DNA of 64,000 nucleotides from Eukaryota sp. GEM-RC1 (Eukaryota): NCBI GenBank assembly GCA_040285855.1, contig JAUFOQ010000001.1, positions 372,001 to 436,000 of the forward strand, read 5' to 3'. Shown piece by piece: positions 24,321 to 37,689 of this stretch (position 1 is its first letter; each line of letters starts with the position of its first letter). The notes under the pieces were generated by a model. It saw only the letters and a program-made list of their open reading frames with translations, ran no database searches and was not told where the DNA came from. The position numbers and the translations under genes were made by a program.

Positions 24321-25473
24321 GAACAGAGTCTTTTCTAGAATATCATAATACAATATTGAGACTGTCAAACAAATCCAGACCCAAATCCAAGCTTTTCTTT
24401 GCCAAATAACTGCTTCTGTTGCGTTTCTACCTCTGATAGATGATCTTGCACGTTTGAACTTTCATGTTACACCAGTGCCGCAATTGATGTTCCTACAATG
24501 TGGCAACAGAGTAATCGTAAGCAGTGTTGCACTCACGTGTTCGTACACAAAAACGTGTTTTCTAAAAAGAGCGTATTTTCTGCTGGTGAAGCGTTTGTTT
24601 CCAAGATTATTTATACACAAGTCGAATCAGACATACTACTCCGGCAGCAGTAATTAGTCTCGCGGAGACTAATATTGTAGTGAGACTAATTATGTCCTCA
24701 AATATTTTTGGCTGGAGAAGTCCAGAAGTTGCTTTTGCTGTAAAGATGTATTCATAAAACACATTTTAAACAGAAATCGCATATCCTCTTATAATCGCAT
24801 TATCTAAACGAGTTACTGTTCACCAATGCAAGTGTCGTTGTGTTCATGGTCTTCAACTGTATTCCAAAGATCATGTCTTTCGTTAACAATGTTCGTCAGT
24901 ACACACTGTAGACAGGAGTCGCAATACACATTTGTCTCTAACATTTTTCTCGAACTGTTTATTCACTGTAAGTCGAGAGCTTGACGGATTAAAGCAGGCA
25001 AAAGCAATCAATGTGGTCCGAGGATTCTCATCCCTTGGAGCCAGATTATATTTCAGAATTTGTTATCATTTCATGTTTAAAAGCAGTGATCAAAACAGTT
25101 GTTCAATACTGGTTTGGATGTTCTTGTAATGAAAACCAGTGTGTATATTTAATAATTGTGTGAACACACTTCTTTACGTTGTTTAGTCGACAACTACATT
25201 GAATAGAGAAACATGTGCTACGATTTAGTTATTTTAATTAGCCAAGGTAATGGATTGAATCGGATTGGTTTTGCTTCTCAACATGTAAACCAAAGCAGTT
25301 CTACGAACCACGTGGTTTTGATTTCGGTACATAGATAGTATTATGTTTACTCAATTGGCCAAAAATATAAGATTCACTTGTTATGGAATGAAGATAAAAT
25401 GTGTTGTAGAGGGTATAATACGTGTGACAGAAAGCTTGTATTGCATTAAACTGATAGCCGTATGTATCAATAG

Positions 25474-25920
25474 TAGACCTTGGAATCGGATTTTTTATCT
25501 CAAATCTGATCCGATCCGGATCCTGGTGTTCAATATCCGAATCCGATCCGAAAAATCCGATCGGATTTAGCCTTTTCACTTAATAGATTTCATTGAATCT
25601 GTTTTTACTGAAAAAAATAATTACAAAATTGTATTAAGATTTATTAGTCAAACAGCAACACTAATTGTCATCATTGCGAAAAAGTCCATCATCAGCCATA
25701 AATCCAAGTTTTGTCCATGAATTGTGTAAAACCAAAACTTCAACTGTGTCACATTTGAGAGATGCTCTATTTTCGGACACAATTAACCCAGCACGGGAAA
25801 AGAGTCTTTCACATGGTACAGACGATGCCTGTATTGAGCAATAATCAAAGAAGATTCTAGCATGTGTTGTTATGGTATCAGTTTTGAAGATGAAATCTGC
25901 ATTATCCTATTAAAATAATT
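25474..25920 (-). mobile_element. hAT 3' end with dimerisation domain
   Basis: Terminus tagaccttggaatcgga with ATCCG repeats; minus-strand DYCSIQASSVPCERLFSRAGLIVSENRASLKCDTVEVLVLHNSW. Confidence 0.8.
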
Positions 25921-26439
25921 TGGTGGAAGGGAAATGAAAGCACTTATTCAAAATGCTCTTTGTAATTAAGGTTATAAGGATCTTTCAAACAGATAAGATA
26001 AGTGTTGAGCATTTATCGTCATTAATTTCTAATCAAATCTTCCTTTGTGAACGACTGTATCACGATTCGTTTAATATTAGCACTGTAGACCCTTAGGTAA
26101 ATTCAACACAAAGACTTTTAGAAAGGTATGTAAGTAACCCATTTGAAAACAACAAATAACAAGACCCAATAAATGTAATTCGAAGACTTCAAAGTTGACA
26201 AGCTATGACCATACGACGAGGCAGAAAGACGATGTCCAAGTGGTTAGTCAAGTGGAAGAAACCTGCTGCTTTTGATGTGTGCTACTATCTGTTTTCCACC
26301 CCTGCAACACGATTAACACAACAAATCAGGTCTTTCCCACAGTACAACTGATGACCATTCATAAATGTCATCAAACAAAATTGAACACATATCAACACGT
26401 GTTAGATTTAACACGTGTTTGCTCACTCTGTTTCAAATC

Positions 26440-29400
26440 ATGTTCGTCGTGGTACTTCTGTTGTGTAATTGCGTTTTAGCTTCTCTACATCAATGGAGTA
26501 CAACATCGGATGGCAAATGGTCTGAAAGCAATAATTGGAATCTTGGTTACATTCCTGAAACCACGTCTTCCGTTGTTCTCCCTCCTCAAACCGATTCGAT
26601 TACGATAAGTCTTGATTGCAACGTTACTGTTTTTTCTCTAAAGATTTCCTCCAATGTTGTCATTTTCTTCCAACAAAACGCTACCCTAACAATTTCCGAC
26701 AGCTTTGTCGTCAATGGAGGTAATTTGACCACCGATACTGTTTCTTCTCTCTCTTTAACTTCAGCCGATTCGGTTGTTGTGGAGGCGGATCTTGTCTCTT
26801 TCTCCTCTCACAAACTCATAGTCACAAGGTTCTTTGACTGGAAGCGTGGTTGCATAGAGTTAGATCGCTTCAGTGATCTTAATCTTAACCATTGCGTTTT
26901 GGAAAAACGTTTACCGAATTTGATTGGTAGCGATTGGAAGTCTTATGAAGGGGGTACCGCAGTACTGTCCAATGGACATCATATTGTCAGCAGTACGTCG
27001 TACATGTTTTCTGGAGTATTTCAAACCTTCACTTCCTGCTGTAGTAGATATAAACTTTCATGTCTAGTGAAACATATGTCAGGCTCCAAAAAGTATGGAA
27101 GTCATGTTGATGGTCACTCGTATTACATTAGAATTGACTTGGGTGAGTGGCGTTCAGCAGACAGACTATTTGTTCCTTCTGACAATGCATGACATCTTAT
27201 TGACCTTATGTTTACTGTTAGTTCGATGTATTCTTCCCCACGAGTATTTTCACAACCAGGTAGAGGACAACAGCAAAGTTCTCAGTTCAAGGTAAAAAAT
27301 TCTCGTCTAGAGCCGCTGTCAGTTATCTTTGGACATGGAAAATTTTCTCTCATTGATTCAGAAGTAGAGCTAAGGTCATCCGATCTCGAGCTAAGCTCAA
27401 TATCTCTAACGTCATCAACTCTTCAATCAAATGGTACAATTTTCCATGATTTAGAAACACTCGAACTCTATAATTCTGCAATGATCCTAACTCAATTTTC
27501 CAAAATTCTAACTGATAAATTAGCAATCACCATGGACTCAAGTGAGCTCTACTATGACGATTCACTTTTCTTTTCTTCTAAAAATCGTAATTCATTTACA
27601 ATCACCCGTCGTAAAAAATGGAAACCTGCTTACCTTCCTTTTCCGTCATTTCCAGTTGTTCTTCCAGCTCAATCCTTTTCTATTACAGTGATAATTAGTA
27701 CTGATGTGATATTAACTTCTCTAACGATCTCCTCTAATGTTGTTCTCCTCTTCCAGAATAACTCTACATTGACAGTAACTGACAGCTTTGTCATGAATGG
27801 TGGTACTTTAATTACTGAAATTTCGTCACATCTTTCTTTTACTTCCACAGATTCACTTGTGGTAGATGCTGACGTTGTCACTTTAAAAACTCACAAGCTC
27901 AAAGTTACTAAATCTTTTGACTGGAAACGTGGTCTAATTGATTTAGATAGCTTCAGTGAACTCGTTTTGATCAATTGTAATTCCACTTCCTTTAAGGATA
28001 AGGGACATCTTCTTAGCTCCAATGATCTTCATGTATGGGGAAGAAATGATGATGGTAAGTTGGGAGGAGGACTCTCTGGAAATCAACCTTCAGCAACTTC
28101 AGTTACTTTACCGTTTCCCATCAGACAGGCTTCTATTGGAAGACATCACTCGGCTGTTCTGCTAACAAATGGTGATGTTTACACTGCAGGAAGTAACAGC
28201 TTTGGCCGATTGGGTTATTCTGGCGGTAACCGGCCCGTTCATGAGAAAATTGACATTTTCAACATTATTCAGGTTGTTGTCTCAAGAGACTCAAATTTAG
28301 CGTTGAACATGTCGGGTTCTGTGTTTTCTTGGGGACTCAACGACTTAGGTCAATTAGGTTTAGGAGATACTACCAACAGAAATATCCCCACTTTAATTCC
28401 AAATTTGAGCAATATTAAACAAATTGCTGGTCGCCGTTTTACAGCTTTTGCCTTAACAAGGGATGGTCAAGTTTTTGGATGGGGAAGTGGTTCTGATAAT
28501 ATTTTGTGTCGAGACAGTACTTCAAATGTTCTTTCCCCGGTCACAATTGGTAATTTGGAGAATGTTAAATTTGTTTCAGCAGGACTTGCTTCTTATTTTA
28601 TCAAAGAAAATGGTTCGACTCTTGCTTGTGGACTTATATTAGGTGGTTCTGGAACTACTTATTTGACTCCCACTGAATTCGCCCCTGACATTGAGTTTAC
28701 CTTTATTGATACTTCTTGGCCACACGCCCTTGGAATTGATGTTAACCAAAAACTATGGAGTTGGGGTGGGTATGAATATGGTCAATTGGGTACTGGTGGC
28801 GGTCGTTCTACTACTCCAGTTGAAGTAGAAGTGATTGGTAAGACTATTACTGCTTCGACAGGATATTGGCATTCTGTTGCTGTCGACATCAACAACAATG
28901 TGTGGTCTTGGGGCACTGATTCCTACAGTGCTCTAGGGAGAACAACTTCTGTCAGTTCTCCAGCAAACATTCCCGGAATCGTCTCAGATTTAAGTGGTAA
29001 AGGAACAACAGGAGTTAGTATACACTGGCAGTGTAATATGGTATCTAATTCAACTATACCGTTGGGTATTGTAGGAAATGGAAAGTTTTCCCTTATTGAT
29101 TCAGATCTTCAGGTTTGGTCTTCAAAGTTTGAGTTAAGCTCAATTTCACTAACTTCCTCGATTCTTCAATCAAATGGTACAATTATTCATGAGTTGGAAA
29201 CATTCGAACTCAATAATTCAATAATGACATTATCGCATTATTCTAAAATTCTAACCGATAACATATCAATCACTTTAAACTCAAGTGAGTTCTACTACGA
29301 TGATTCAGTTTACTTTTCTTCCACAATCGTCAGTTTGACTGCAATCAAAAGTCGTTACCAAAATGATTTTAATGTTACTTATTTCCACCTCCTAAATTTA

Positions 29401-32400
29401 GCATACTCAACTTTTGAATCATTGGTTGATAGTGAATTACTTGTTTCTTATTTCCAGTGTTATCATTGTCAAATTCTTGCAAATTCTGTCCTTAGAATAA
29501 CGTCTTTTTCCAACATCAATACAGGAAATTTTTCGTCGTCTGTACTTTTTCAAGCATCAGTTATCAATTCTTCGATCTCTGGAAAGATTCTACTATCGCG
29601 TTCATTTGATTTGTTGAGTCACGTGATTCTTGATGACGTATCATTTTCAAATTTGAATTCATATTCTAATGGTTCCATTGTGTGTCACTCTGATGTCTTA
29701 TTAACATCGCATGTAACCTTCTCATCTATTTCATTCTCTACTCATGCACACGTCATTCTTTCCAGATGCAAACGTGATTTTAGGTCAAACTTTGCAATTA
29801 TTAGATTCTCAAATATTAAGAGGTTCTGGACTAGTTTCTGACATTACTTCACACTCTGGCACAATCTCTCCTTCACTTGTACTGATTTTTGATGTTAGTC
29901 TTTTCCTTTCAGATTCTTCTGTTATCTCTTTGAAACTCTTAAACGATAGGACTTCCACTAAGCTAATTGTAGGCTCCACCATTTATATAGCTGGAACTCT
30001 GGACGTGGAATTTGATCCTTTCCAACAATGGAGTGGTGGACAGTTTTTACTTGTCAGTTCATCTAGTATAATGGGTCAGTTTAGCTCTTTTACAAGCACA
30101 TGTTCTTCACTGATTAGTCTGAGTTACTCTTCAAACTCAATACTTGCATCAGTTAATGAGTACAGGGCTCATTTAAATCACATTTCGTACATGTCTACCA
30201 CTGGCGTTGATGATTTTTGTTGTGGTACTTTCGATAGTCCGTGTGCTTCTTTCAAGGGAATTTTAGAAAGAATGGGAAGAAAAGGGAAGATTTATTTCCT
30301 TGAAGGAATTTACTATTTTAATCAAGAATTGGTGAATGTAACTGGTGTCAATTGGGAAGTTGTTGGTCTTGGTGACGTGATCATTTCAGGAGTCAATGAG
30401 ACTGTTTTTGAGATTGATTCATCGTTATTGACACTAAATATGTTAAAAATCGACAGCTCAAAGGTGTCCTAATTAAATTCTCCAATTCAACTGTTCCGGT
30501 AATCAGTACAAGTCATCATGCAGATTTTAATGGTCTTCTTTTCTTAATTGAAAATTCTAGTTTACATGTAACAGACTCGATATTTGATGTTCACTCTTTG
30601 ACAATGTTTGATTGTCTGGGATCGTTAATTTTGATCAATAACTCTGTATTTTCAGGATCTTTGTCTCAATCATTGATGTCGTTGTCATCATCTTCTGTTT
30701 TGGTTTCTAACTCTTCTTTTATTCATTTGACTGCCAAGAATCTGATTGATACTTTGTCATCCTCAGTAGAATTCCATTACTCGTCGTTCGTGGATGTGAC
30801 TTCAGATTGTGTATTTCATTTATATCAATCTAGACTTGAATTGAGTTACTTAAGCATAACTTCAGTTTCTCCATTTCACTTTGTTGACAGTTTTTCTAGC
30901 ACTCTTATTTTATGTAATGTAATCATTGATCAGTCAGCTGCTAGTATTTGGTTCGTGTTAAATGACGATACATTTCTATTACATAACATGAAATTGTCCA
31001 GTTCATATGGTGACGTTTTTCAATTTCGAATTATACGAATGTAAGTATATTCTCGGGCTCCATTGATCATTCAATCTTTTCAAATTTTGTCGTAATTTAT
31101 GATGCACAATTACTATTTGATTCTCTGTCTCTCTTCAACTGTACAGGTAACCTACTGGTGGAGTCAGTCAATAGCATAATTACAATGAATGATCTGCGTC
31201 TTAAGAAGTCGTTTTTCAATCGCATATTCAAGTCTTTCGATTCCTCTCTAAGTTTGTCTTCTCTTAGTATCATATCCACATCTAATTCTAATTGTTCTTT
31301 CTTTCTTCATCGTTCTACTTTGCTGATGGACAATGCTACGCTTTATGATGTATCGTCTCCGACATTCTTAGAATCACAGCTGAGCATTTCGACTTTTAAT
31401 AAGATTGACATTTTAGATTTTACACTCACTCAATTTTTGATTCTTAGTCAGTCAACATTAAATTTACTTCATCTTGATATGGATTTTTGTGCACTATCAT
31501 ATGATGAGTTGTCCTTGTATGACATCATTCTGTTCCAGTCTGAATTGCTTCTTGATCGATCTAATTTATCTGGTTGTTCATTCGACAAGAAATTCAAATT
31601 GAGTTTGTTTACAGAAAGTTCAAATATTGTTGTCCGAGACTTTAGCCAAGAATTATTTTTCTCGTCACTCGTTGTTGAAGCATCTAATATGACTCTCATA
31701 TCAGGTTTTCCAATAATTTCGAAACACGTGTTTATTGACGAAGAATCTGTTGTAAGTGGCGATTTTCCCTTGATCGATCTTTCGAAACTACTTTCAAATA
31801 TTCTAGTTTCTCCATCACACGACTGTTGTAACACGTCGTTCTGTCAAATTTATGTACCATTTAAAAACGCTGGTTATCTCACATATTTATTGAATATTTC
31901 AGTTCCAAATAATGATTTTTCCCATATATTCCGATGGAATTCCCTAAAGTTATATTTGACTGATATTTTATCATTTGATTCCTTGAGCAATGCAATATAT
32001 TGTAAATTATATATTACAAAAATCTTTGCACTTTATGAATTGTTGATCCCTATTTGTCCTATTGAATTTGTTAGTTTAGAACCACCAACTAGAGGTGGAT
32101 CCGTACCAATGTTTGCTTTTAATCTTGGTATAGAAACTATTATCATTCATCATTCATCTGCGGTAATCAATCAAAGTCTGGAATATTCTTCAAATAATCA
32201 CGAATGTTTGACTCTTAATTTTTTTGAAGGTCATGGATGTCATGAAATGATTGTTTCCAGATCTACAGATCCTTCAATCATTGTATTTAATTACTGTTTT
32301 AAAAGACCATTCATTTCATCAGTATCAAACGATCTGTTTCCGTTACAAGGACATATTGCAATATTTGGTTCTGATTTTTATGATTTTTATGATTTTTTTC

Positions 32401-35400
32401 ATTGAGTTCCAGTTTTCCACAAGTCCTTGTCAAAAATTACACTCATGATGAAATTACTGTATATATTCCTTACATTTGTAACATCCAATCTAACATATTT
32501 GACATCTATTTAATTGTTGGAAATCAGAGCAGTAACTTTTTGTACTTACGTTTACTCCTCCACAAGTTAGTTATTCAACGATACCTTTATCACCCGTTGG
32601 TGGATCAATTCTTCTTGTTGGACCAAATTTTTCGAAAATGTATCAGTGTTTTCATAATTCATCACTTGAAATGTCTGTTGGGGGCGCTTCTTATAAAACT
32701 CTTAACAATAATGAAATTGAAGTATTCACAGGTGACTTGTACGGATTTAATGAATTTGTTATTTCAGTTCAATTGTTTCCTCAATTAATTCGAATAATTT
32801 CCATTCCTGTAACTGCACTTGTGGCTAACAATACTGACAATGTTTGCTTTGTTGGCATTCCTTGTTCTATTACAGTTTACAGTTATCTAGAGGACTTCTC
32901 CTTTTCTGACACATTCGTCAATTCCAATATTCCGAATTCCCTTCAAATATCTAATTATCAAGCATCATCATCATTGATTACAATTACTTTTACCTCATCC
33001 ATATCAGGAGTTCCGAATGAGTTGAGTATTTGTAGCGAGTCTGTATGTTTTCCCATTTTCAACATACCTTTTGTTGTATCCCCCTCTCACATGTTCCCTC
33101 AGTTTGTTCAGTGGTTTGGTAAACCTCTGACACTTATTGTTACTGTGGAGATAGAGGGAATCAGTCTTTATGATTATTCAATCATTCAAAATAGTTTCTC
33201 ATTCAGTAACTCTTCATCTCAACTAATCAATGTTACCAATTCAAAGATACATTTTGAAGTTCAAATTTTTACGTCCGGAACAACAAGTCTTCAGAGTGTG
33301 TCATTCGGACATTTAAGCAATCAATCTACATTAACAGTTTCAAATTTTGTAATATTCCCTCCCAAAGTCTTTTACAATTCCGTTATTGAGTGTTATTTAC
33401 TTGAGCCTATTAGTGATCTTTTTATCACACACGGAAAGATCAGATTTCATTTAACTCCGGGAGCAAATATCTTCACTATTTCAGAAGCAAGCCCATCTAT
33501 TTTTCTATCGAAATCCATGGAATCAATCAATATTAGCTCAGTCTCTTATTATAACGTGAATATATCTTCAATTATTGAGATTAATACAGTGCATACAATT
33601 GTGATTGATGTTGTTGATCCAAATTACGTCTACGCTATGTCGTGTTCTGATAATTGTGAATTAACTACCACCTATTCAAGTATGAATCAGTTCGATTTAT
33701 GTTTCGTTGGTTTCGATGAAGGTATTGTTGAACTTACCTTTTCAATTCAGTATTTCCAATCAAATTTTTATTTTGTTTATCAAATTATCGTTCATCAACC
33801 ACCACTAGTTCAATTGGTGAGCCCAACTGTGATGTCACTTTCCAATCCTGACTCCATAATCGTTTCTTTTGTTGGCGACTTCAATCCAAGTTCTCTATTC
33901 CTAATCAATGATATTTTGACAAAACCAACTGAGATACATGCCCGTTCTAGTTCTCGATTTAAATTATCTTACATTTTTGACAAATTTGCATTCAACTTTT
34001 CTAAAGGAGAAAACCATCAGACTTGGTACTGGAAACATTCTGGATTTAATCTCCAAAGTGTTGGTGATGTTGTCATTTTTGATATTAACGCTTGGTCCAC
34101 AGATTTCGTAAGCCCTTTGCTACACCGGACAATTTCTGTTAATTTTGAAGGAATTCTTTATTCAAACTTAACTTGTTCTATTGGTTCTCAACAGTTCAAA
34201 GGAATTTTATCTAACAATTCTCTGTCCTGTAACGATGTTATTATACCAACCTTTCAAGAGTTTGTTATAGTGAAACTTTCACTAAGTGACATTATAGTGG
34301 ATTCCTTACATGTACGAGGTGAAGCTTTTCTTGAAGAAGTCTGTTTTGTTTCTTCTTCAGTACATCCGAAACTAAATTTGTTCAATTCTGGTTTAAATAG
34401 TGTTATTATTGACAGCATAAGGTGTTGTAATGTAGATGTTTCACAATGTGCGCAATTTATTTCAAAATTTCAATCAATCGTCGTTAAGTTGAACTCGACA
34501 TTTGATGTCTTTCAATTCGTCATTACAACAAATTCTAGTTGCCAGGAGTTCCGTTCTAATCTTCCTTTTGATCTTATTATTGACAATCAAACTATTTTGC
34601 TTTCTTATTATTGTCACCAAATTCCCAGTGGTTTCGCGTTTGCTTCCAATGTGTACCATTGATGTAATCTTACCGCGAGTTTCTGAAATTGTTTTACTTG
34701 CTCTTGACAGTGTTTATTTATTGGAATTAGAAGTATATGGCTATATATCTGATTCTTGTTTTAAACCCTTTTCATTTGGACATGGAATTACTGCTCTTGG
34801 GAACTTAATTGAAGAACACATAGAATAAGTGTTTGAAGATCAGCTTTTCGGATCTGTCAGCCAGCTTGTATCTTTTTTTTCCACAAAACAGTTGTTGTTG
34901 TCAGTTGACAGTGTTACTCTCGGTACTTCTCTATATTCTGCTAAGTGTTTTCGTTCATTTTCACCTTTTCCTATAATCATCTCTGCTTCGGATGCTAATG
35001 CTTTAGTTTTAAATCAAACAACATTAGAATTTGATCCAATTAATATGAGCATTTCAATTCCATGTTTCTGTGTCGACGCTATTGGTTTTATTGTTGATTG
35101 TGATCACCATATTTCAATAATTACATCTACTCTATCATATTCTGGTTTCGATTTCAATTTAACACATATTTCATTCTTTTTACTGATTTACCTTTACTTC
35201 AAGAACATTCTATACATTACCAATTTAATTCAGCTAAACTTCATTGGAATGGTACTATTGTTCAAAAGTTTGTAGAAATTTTGAAAGTCAACAATTTTCA
35301 ATCTTTTGATTGTGGACATCAGTTCTATGGAGAGAAGGCATGTACGGTCTTAAATATTTCCATATACTTCACTGTTCAACAACAATTGTGCAATATAACT

Positions 35401-36740
35401 CATGAAGTTCCTCTTTTCGACTTAACTCTAATTTCTGAAGCTGGTATCAATCTTTTAGATGGTAAAATGATTGAGTTAGTCACACACCCACTTCAATTAA
35501 TCGAAATAACAGTGTTGTATTCCTCTCAATCAGTCACTCTCAATCTAATAGCGAATGATTGTTACTCACCTAAAATGAATTCTGGACACGGATGTTTGTG
35601 TCCAAGAGGAATGGAGTTCAATTTTCTTGGTGAATGTGTGAAATGTCCGTTAAATTTCTATACAAATTTAGAGCTGAATTCTGAGTGCAGATCTTGTACT
35701 TTTCCTAGAATCACTCTTCATAATGGTACTACTCATGTTGATCATTGTGTTTGTCCTTTAAATACTTTAGATTCACATGGTGCTTGTTTACCATGTCCTC
35801 ATTTGGCTGAATGTGGATATGGAAATCTGACTGATATCGCATCTGGTTTTAGATTAAATACTGACAAATACGAACTCGTTGAGTGTGTTTTTTGGTATAA
35901 TTGTGAAGATAATTCCTGCAGAACAGGGTATTCTTTTGGAGATAAATGCCAGTATTGTACTAATGACGCTGTTTCCAAAAAGTTTATTGTATTGGAAATG
36001 AATATACATGGCTAAAACTACTGTCATGCTTTTGTTTTGTCGTTGTTTTATTGTTTGCTGATAGATTATTTATTCAACTTTCTCTTGATAATTCAGAATT
36101 CAAATACTTACGAGTAGCAACATCTTCTCTTTCTTCATTTGGTCAGCAACGGGTAATAGAACAATATTCCCGTTATTTTAACATTCTAAATTTTATTTTG
36201 TTCGTTGCACCCACAATTTTCTTTCTAAGAATTTCGATTTGGGTAGTTGTACTTGAATTCATGTCGTCATTGATCTACTTTGATTCATCAATGTTTTTGT
36301 CAGTTGGTATTTTGGTCTCACTAAGTCTAGCGTCCAAACGTCTCATGACCCAATATATTAAAAATTCTAGTTTCCAAATTAGGAATAGTGCTTTCTTGTT
36401 TGGATCAGCAATGTGCTCTGTTAATTATATTTTTGGTACATTTCTTGCTCATTTTTTCATTAATAGTCAGTCTATGTGGAACTTTGTTCTTTCAGGATTC
36501 CACTTTATTTTTCTATTTATGGTACTAGTACTACAGCGTCAAAGTCCTTACTTTTTGTCCTTTTTTTGCTATTCTCTGATTATATTTGGATCGTTATGTC
36601 AGAGTCTTGTATATTTTATTATTCAAAATGTTGTGCTAGTGTTGCTGATAAGTTTTTCTACATCTATTGTTGAAGTCCTTCTACTTGGAATTTCTTTACT
36701 GATTGGAATTTCTTCAACTTTCTCTTTCAGCAAGGTCTAG
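26440..36740 (+). CDS. Giant (~3400 aa) cell-surface protein: signal peptide, duplicated beta-helix-like scaffold with CBM-like and RCC1 inserts, Ser/Leu-rich beta-helix, IPT/TIG-like segments, Cys-rich (Ephrin_rec_like/GCC2-3) repeats, multi-TM tail; interrupted by about 8 small indels and 2 in-frame stops
   Basis: Eleven consecutive plus-strand ORFs join in register at 27190 (TGA), ~29760, ~30468, 31016-20, 32393-99, 32551-53, ~34651, 34826 (TAA), 35177-81 and 35977-81; RCC1 motif VFSWGLNDLGQLGLG; CCGTFDSPCASF; CVKCPLNFY...CRSC. Confidence 0.75.
26572..29323 (+). repeat. Intragenic duplication: A1 ~26572-26896, B1 ~27313-27578, A2 ~27655-27978, B2 ~29059-29323
   Basis: A: VVLPxQ...ISSNVV...DSFVxNGG...HKLxVTxxFDWKRGxIxLDxFSxLxLxxC. 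B: PLxxxxGxGKFSLIDS...ELSSISLTSSxLQSNGT...SKILTD...YYDDSxxFSS. Confidence 0.9.
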
Positions 36741-37689
36741 GTATTAATTTTGGTTTATATATTGTGTTTCATTTTTTAAGTAGTGGTAACTATAATCCGT
36801 ATCCTTCGTTATATTGTAGTGGTCGCCCCCTTTAAATCGTTGAAAACAGAAAACAACATTGTCATTATCATTAAGTGTTCCTCTCTGAAAGCAGTTATTC
36901 AAATTATCTTTTGTTAAATCGGAATCTAACTCGAGACGACACCTGTACATTTATTATAACTATAGAACTGATATCGTCAGGTGATATTGATTAAAGTTGG
37001 AGTACTTTTTGATTGAGTCAAATTCAATTTAGTAAAATATTACTTCTTTTATCAGTTAATGATGATCAGTTACTAAGGACTGTAGACATGGACTTATTGG
37101 AGAAAAGGATATTGAGGTCTTTTCAAACTCTATAAATAAATGATTTGTAATTGACTGAACAATCACTTGTTTTTGAAGTATTTCTTCAAACACTTGTACT
37201 GCTATTTGATTCGTTGTTGGGAAGTTTCATTTAAATACAACGTAAGACTGTGAAAAAGTACTTGGAAGTTTGTTTCACAACTATAGTAGTCCTGTTGTTG
37301 GAAGTTACATATTGAAGCATAAGATCCATTTCATAGTGATACATTGAGGCCTTGGATCAGAAATGAGCTCTTATATTGTTTGAAAATTGTTCCTTGAAAA
37401 ACAATGAGTAAATAAGGAATAACAGAGTGTATTAATGTTAGTGTATGGTTAAACAAATGATTTTCGACATCATTTCTCTTCATCACCACTATCAAAGTTC
37501 AGTTGTTTGTCATAATTAATATTATAAATCATTTATGATAATAGACGCAAGCTTCCTCAATGCTAAAAACCATCATTTGATTCACCAGATAAGTAAGTCT
37601 GCAATGTAATTTTAGGATTGGATCAGGGGATCTCCACCATTACAATCAACACTACCCCGTGTTTATTTCTTTCTTTTGAGGTGGAACAA

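Larger units (their letters stand above)
22595..24450 (-). mobile_element. Outer hAT remnant, interrupted by 22956-24320; far boundary uncertain
   Basis: Terminus tagggatgtcaa at 22595 with GACGCG repeats; LAKIARYFCCILSTSIHAEQIYSQASTVVTSNRSRINGDIIQGQLYLQSW dimerisation domain, whose upstream part lies beyond 24328. Confidence 0.7.

Noticed and set aside
37592..37616. 23-nt gtaagt...ttttag intron candidate
   Set aside because: The flanks do not form a convincing exon pair
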